From: an uncultured Methanoregulaceae archaeon | GTDB lineage: Archaea > Halobacteriota > Methanomicrobia > Methanomicrobiales > Methanospirillaceae | Direction of reading: 5' to 3' | NCBI GenBank assembly: GCA_964530035.1 | Contig: CAZGXZ010000001.1 | Span: forward strand, 1 to 40,095 | Length of the DNA stretch: 40,095 nt | In this document: one piece after another, positions 36,019-40,095 of the stretch | Layout: each line of letters starts with the position of its first letter | How positions within the stretch are numbered: the stretch's first letter is position 1 | Translations under genes and position numbers: made by a program | Notes under the pieces: generated by a model | Databases searched by the model: none | What the model saw: the letters and a program-made list of their open reading frames with translations, nothing else | What the model was told of the DNA's origin: nothing

Positions 36019-39000
36019 ATGACAATGAAGTCCGTGCTCATGGTGGTCGGTCTGGTTATCTGCCTTTTCCTGGCAGGAACAGCCAGTGCTGCGAATGAAG
36101 GGCTTCTGGTGGTCAATTCCACGCCATCAGCGGCGAATATCTATGTCAACGGGGGCGGGTACCTGTTCCATCCGTTTGGTGTAACCAACAGCACCTTCGG
36201 GCTGGCTCCGGGTAACTATACCGTATTCATCGAGAAGGCGGGATACGCAACGTGGCGGTCTGACGCATTCGTACCGAATGTCACAATCATGACAGGGAAC
36301 ACGACCAACCTGGAAAGCCTGGTGGGCATGCCGATCATTCTTTCACCGCTGCCTCCCACGACAGGTACGCTCATGGTCATGTCCGAACCTGTCGGAGCGG
36401 AGGTCCATATAGAACAGCTTGCCCAGGGCATTTCACTTGGGACGACACCGTTCTCCTATTCCGGCATTCCTGCAGGAACGTACCAGGTAGTGCTCACCTA
36501 TCCAGGGTACCAGCCGTATTCAGCAACGGTCGTCGTTCCAGCAGGACAGACAACCAGCTTGTACGGCATCATGACGAAGGTGCCGACAACCGGGTTCGTG
36601 GACGTCAGGACCGTGCCCCAGGGGGCGTCGATAACGCTGAACGGGGCCCTGACTTCCTTTAATACGAATACCGTCATAGAGATCCCGCCGGGATATTACA
36701 ACTATACCCTGTCCCTTGCCGGGAGGCTGCCTGCGACAGGGAATTTCACCCTGACCACTGCCCACACCCAGCAGAACCCGCTCCAGGTATGGCGCGAGCT
36801 GGCCATGGTCCCGGAAACACAGGACGTTGTCTTCGACTCAAATCCTGAAGGGGCAGAGATCTGGATCGACGGGAACGACACGGGAAACCAGACCCAGCAC
36901 ATGCTGACGATAGAACGCGCCCTTCACCTGGTTACCCTGAAAAAACCATGCTACCAGGATGCCACCTTCAGCATCAACCTCACGCAGGTCCCGACCGGGC
37001 TCTTCTCCTATCCGACGGTTAACCTCGTTCCCATGAATGTCAATATCTGCAATACCGTGAACGGCACCATCACCCCCGCAAATGGCGACCCGTGTCCTAT
37101 CTATGGACAGAACAAGACGTATTTCATCAACTCGAGCTACGGGTACCATGTCAAGTCGGTGACATTCGACGGACAGACGGTCTTTACCAATGGTCAACCG
37201 AGGAACACGACCTTTACCACACCCATCATCACCAAGACCTCCGACCTCTGTGCTGTCTTTGAACTGAACCAGTACCCGCTCATGGTCGTCACGAACCCCG
37301 CATCGATAGGCGGTAGCGTACAGTGGAACTATAACGGACCGGACTTTACCGACACCAACAAGACCTTCCTGGTGAAGCACGGCGACAAGGTCACCTTCAC
37401 CATCAACGGCTACTCGGACCAGGGCAAGCCGTACTTCTTCGACCGGATCTTCTGGAACGGCACACCGAACCTGCTTCCAGGATCATTCGGACAGTACACC
37501 TGGACATCGCCCGTGGTCCAGGGTGACTCGGTAATGATGGTCAATTTCACGCAGGGACAGTACACGGTCACCGCATCCGCGACGGCCGGCGGTACCATCA
37601 CCCCGAACGGGACCATCTGGGTCATACAGAACAGCACGCTGTGTTTCAATGCGACACCCCTTGCCACGTATCTCCTTGCATCGGTAACCGCGAACGGTGC
37701 AGCGATGACAGCCGACCCGGTGAGCGGGCTCTACTGCCTGTATAACATCAGCCAGAACTACGATGTCCTGGCCACGTTCTCTCCGCGGACTGTCAATATC
37801 ACGGCAACAGCGGGACCCGGCGGCAACATCACTCCGAACGGGACTGTCCCGGTGGTATTTAACGGGACGGCCTGTTTCAACGTGACCCCGGATTACTGCT
37901 ACAAGATCAAGAACGTCACCCTGGATTACCAGCAGCCTATCACCCCGGATGCGACTACCGGACAGTATTGTGTCTATAATGTAACTGTACCCCACATCGT
38001 CAATGCCACGTTTGAGAAGATCCAATACAACGTCACCGCAATAGCCGGGACGGGTGGTTCAGTCACCGCACCTGGCCTGGTGAACGGCAGTATGATGGCC
38101 AACTGCGGAGACACAGTATGCTTCAACGTTACTCCCGATTACTGCTATGAAACGGTCCTGTTAAACTGGACGGTAGGCCAGACAAAGTCATATTATCCGT
38201 ATCCGTCGACTATCACGAATTGCTGGGCCATAACCGGGAACTCTACCCTCACGGCGACCTTTGCCAAGAAAATGGTGAATATCACGGTGAACGCCAATTA
38301 CGGAGGGACCGTTACAGCCCCGAACATGACCGGAAACAAGGTCAAGGCAGACTGCGGCACGCAGGTATGCTTCAGCATCACGCCGCTGCCCTGCTACAAG
38401 ATCGCCAATGTCACCCTTGATGGTGTTGCCTTCCCGGCTCCCTACTGCCTGACGGCCACGAAGGACCAGGTCCTGAATGTCACATTTGCCCAGCTGACCT
38501 ACAACGTCACCGCGACCTGGAACACGGGCGGCAATGTGACGGCACCGGGTCTCGTGAACGGCAAGGAAACCGTCCCCTGCGGGAGCAATCTCTGCTTCAA
38601 CATAACCCCTGACGCCTGTTACCTCGTAAAGAGCGTAACCCTCAATGGCACCACGTTTGCACCTCCGTACTGCGCCAACAACATCACGGCAGACCAGGCC
38701 CTGGTGGCGGTGTTCGAGAAGATCAAGTACACGATCTGGACGATAGCCGGCCCCGGTATTGTCATGACACCGGTGAATGCCTCAGTGCCCTGTGGTGACT
38801 GCGGTAACGTGACGATTACGCCCCAGTCCAACTTCTGGATCGGATCGGTGACCGTCAACGGTATTGCACAGCCCATCCAGGACCCGACAAAGCCGATGAA
38901 GGTCAATATCTGCCCGGTGCTCAAGAACTACACCATCACGGCGAAGATTGCACCTCCCGTGGCCGAGTTCACGGGGAAACCAGAGACCAACTGTGATGCG

Positions 39001-39744
39001 GCCATCGGAGACACCCGGTACGGCCTTACCATCAACCCGGGCATGACGGTCCACTTCACCGACAAGTCAAGTGGTGCAAGTTCATGGCTCTGGGACCTTG
39101 GAAACGGTCAGCAGGCCCTCGTCCAGAACGCCACAACGGTGTACAACGACCTCGGGACCTATAATGTCAAGCTAACGGTGTTCAACCCTGAAGGGACGAG
39201 CAATGTGACCAAGAACGGCTACATCACCGTTACCCAGAATCCAATCATTGGATTTACTGCGGTCCCTGAGAGCGGTGAAGCCGGGGCAGACGGCCTGACC
39301 GTCAAGTTCGAGGGATGTTTCTTGTCGAACTACGGCATGAAGTCAGACCCATGGTATAGCTTCAACTTCGGTGACGGTTCACCAGGGGTAATCGGAAAGA
39401 GTGCTGTCCACACCTACCAGTATCCGGGAACCTATACCGTCACCTTCACCGTGAAGAACATCTACGGAACGACAACGACAACAAAGAACATCAAGGTCGG
39501 AGGAATGCCCGAGGCATCCTTTGACTACATGCCGGTTACCGGGAACGCCCCGGTAGTCCTTAGTTTCCGTGACACCTCATCAGGATTCCCGACTTCAAGA
39601 ATCTGGAGTTTCGGTGACATGTACTTCACCGAGGATGAGGCACCCACCCACCTCTACTACCAGGCAGGGACGTACAACGTTACCCTCAGGGTGGAGAACA
39701 GCTACGGTGCCGATTCAACGTATCAGTACGTGACCATCCACTAA
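36019..39744 (+). CDS. Large secreted cell-surface protein, paralog of 32645..35476: signal peptide, ~4 PEGA-like domains, six tandem ~78-aa Cys-containing repeat modules and three PKD domains
   Basis: Signal peptide MTMKSVLMVVGLVICLFLAGTASA|AN. The N-terminal ~330 aa are collinear with the upstream paralog (LLVVNSTP..IYV.GG.Y.FHPF.., P.TTGFVD.R..P..A.I.LNG). PKD motifs WLWDLGNG, FNFGDGSP..HTYQYPGTYTVTFTV and WSFGD..THLYYQAGTYNVTLRV. No C-terminal anchor. Confidence 0.85.
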   Translation: MTMKSVLMVVGLVICLFLAGTASAANEGLLVVNSTPSAANIYVNGGGYLFHPFGVTNSTFGLAPGNYTVFIEKAGYATWRSDAFVPNVTIMTGNTTNLESLVGMPIILSPLPPTTGTLMVMSEPVGAEVHIEQLAQGISLGTTPFSYSGIPAGTYQVVLTYPGYQPYSATVVVPAGQTTSLYGIMTKVPTTGFVDVRTVPQGASITLNGALTSFNTNTVIEIPPGYYNYTLSLAGRLPATGNFTLTTAHTQQNPLQVWRELAMVPETQDVVFDSNPEGAEIWIDGNDTGNQTQHMLTIERALHLVTLKKPCYQDATFSINLTQVPTGLFSYPTVNLVPMNVNICNTVNGTITPANGDPCPIYGQNKTYFINSSYGYHVKSVTFDGQTVFTNGQPRNTTFTTPIITKTSDLCAVFELNQYPLMVVTNPASIGGSVQWNYNGPDFTDTNKTFLVKHGDKVTFTINGYSDQGKPYFFDRIFWNGTPNLLPGSFGQYTWTSPVVQGDSVMMVNFTQGQYTVTASATAGGTITPNGTIWVIQNSTLCFNATPLATYLLASVTANGAAMTADPVSGLYCLYNISQNYDVLATFSPRTVNITATAGPGGNITPNGTVPVVFNGTACFNVTPDYCYKIKNVTLDYQQPITPDATTGQYCVYNVTVPHIVNATFEKIQYNVTAIAGTGGSVTAPGLVNGSMMANCGDTVCFNVTPDYCYETVLLNWTVGQTKSYYPYPSTITNCWAITGNSTLTATFAKKMVNITVNANYGGTVTAPNMTGNKVKADCGTQVCFSITPLPCYKIANVTLDGVAFPAPYCLTATKDQVLNVTFAQLTYNVTATWNTGGNVTAPGLVNGKETVPCGSNLCFNITPDACYLVKSVTLNGTTFAPPYCANNITADQALVAVFEKIKYTIWTIAGPGIVMTPVNASVPCGDCGNVTITPQSNFWIGSVTVNGIAQPIQDPTKPMKVNICPVLKNYTITAKIAPPVAEFTGKPETNCDAAIGDTRYGLTINPGMTVHFTDKSSGASSWLWDLGNGQQALVQNATTVYNDLGTYNVKLTVFNPEGTSNVTKNGYITVTQNPIIGFTAVPESGEAGADGLTVKFEGCFLSNYGMKSDPWYSFNFGDGSPGVIGKSAVHTYQYPGTYTVTFTVKNIYGTTTTTKNIKVGGMPEASFDYMPVTGNAPVVLSFRDTSSGFPTSRIWSFGDMYFTEDEAPTHLYYQAGTYNVTLRVENSYGADSTYQYVTIH
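37558..38952 (+). repeat. Six tandem in-frame coding repeats (~75-80 codons each) inside the second surface-protein gene
   Basis: Recurrent pattern (Q/T)Y(N/T)VTA...GG.(V/I)T(A)P(N)G...C(G)..(V/L)CFN(V/I)TPD.CY.(V/I)..VTL(N/D)G......YC........(A/V)TF(E/A)K(I/L). DNA-level echoes such as TGCTTCAAC.T.AC.CC.GA..ACTGCTA occur near 37875, 38121, 38370 and 38593. It resembles divergent InlB B-repeat-type modules, judged from memory. Confidence 0.7.
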
Positions 39745-39800
39745 TTTTTTAAGAATTTAATTTTTCACGCCGACTTTTTTGGCTTTTTTTTAAAAAAAGA
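39745..39800 (+). terminator. Oligo-T-rich region after the second surface-protein gene
   Basis: Several T5-T8 runs (AATTTTTTAAG, AATTTTTCAC, GACTTTTTTGGCTTTTTTTT) lie directly after the stop, consistent with archaeal oligo-T termination signals. This is inferred. Confidence 0.4.
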
Positions 39801-39814
39801 GCTTTTCTACCTTT

Positions 39815-40095
39815 GTTGAAATCTCCACATCCTTAGTTTATTCATCTCATTATGAGAGATTTCCATTAGCTGCAATTCCAATGATAGGATTTCCTATGAA
39901 AATGCTAAAAATGGCCTCATAATACGGAGATTTTGGATGGGGATTTTCATGATTCGGGTGTGAAATTCTGTTCATGTGTGTTTCAACAGAGCCTGTTTTT
40001 TGGTTTTTACCTTGAACAGGAAGCGTATTGGAGGGATTTAAACCGGGGGGCTGCCGCCCCCCAAACCCCCTGCATACGATAGCCATGGCAAGCCG
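39815..40095 (+). mobile_element. 5' leader of a second copy of the IS-associated sequence seen at 18792-18970, in inverted orientation and cut by the window edge
   Basis: 40043-40095 is the reverse complement of 18792-18843 with 2 substitutions and one 1-nt indel. Patchy similarity continues outward (CCTGTTCAAG.T.AAAAC.AAAAAA, ATGAGAGAT, CAATTCC). The conserved CCATGGC at 40083-40089 may hold the transposase start codon. Confidence 0.45.

Noticed and set aside
37558-38952. Periodic DNA repeats as a possible CRISPR or other non-coding array
   Set aside because: The repeats are in-frame protein modules of ~235 nt inside one long ORF, with only partial nucleotide identity. There is no short direct-repeat and spacer organisation anywhere in the window.
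19005-39800. Composite transposon formed by the two inverted IS-like copies
   Set aside because: The intervening 21 kb is mostly core metabolism and translation genes (NAD kinase, aIF5A, Mrp, PHI, aminotransferase) with host-like composition. One flanking copy is a decayed pseudogene. Homologous inversion remains possible, but mobilisation as a unit is unlikely.
1-40095. In-frame stop recoding (Sec/Pyl), rRNA genes, and further tRNAs or riboswitches in intergenic regions
   Set aside because: No split ORF pairs suggest read-through. No further T-loop (GTTCRAATC) or rRNA-like sequences were seen by eye. The remaining intergenic regions are short and contain only weak hairpins. A covariance-model scan (Rfam, tRNAscan-SE) would be needed to be certain.

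Overview
This 40.1-kb chromosomal segment reads as a euryarchaeal methanogen, probably Methanomicrobia-like. That placement is an inference from gene content: archaeal-type ThrRS with an N-terminal editing domain, GGGP synthase, aIF5A, GatCAB, 6-phospho-3-hexuloisomerase and many PAS sensors. Coding DNA is GC-rich and a few intergenic islands are sharply AT-rich.

The window holds about 31 protein genes and one intact tRNA-Leu(UAA) with a truncated tRNA-Leu-like copy beside it. I found no rRNA genes and no CRISPR array.

- Left third (0.4-11.2 kb): a tightly packed plus-strand housekeeping run of asnB-like, gatC, gatA, gatB, topA, GGGP synthase, SpoU methyltransferase, dcd and thrS.
- Middle: malic enzyme; a CHASE4/PAS sensor translationally coupled to a secreted SNase-type nuclease; and a family-B DNA polymerase homolog with degenerate catalytic motifs, preceded by two tightly coupled uncharacterised small ORFs. 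A frameshifted IS21-like transposase remnant follows. After it come DUF169, NAD kinase, IMPase, aIF5A, Mrp/ApbC, a wHTH-PAS regulator, an ACT-MBL fusion, an M20 amidohydrolase, PHI, an aminotransferase and an M42 peptidase.
- Right 8 kb: two tandem paralogous giant secreted proteins (PEGA-like, repeat modules, PKD). Each sits behind an AT-rich island with a nearly identical 59-nt promoter/leader block.
- Window end: a second, inverted copy of the IS-associated leader sequence.

I do not see a clear-cut new multi-gene system. The best candidate for something undescribed is the three-gene minus-strand module at 15411-18103 (160-aa ORF, 77-aa ORF, degenerate PolB). The paired surface-protein cassettes and the tRNA-Leu half-copy are secondary curiosities. 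All homology calls come from motif recognition by eye and need database confirmation.
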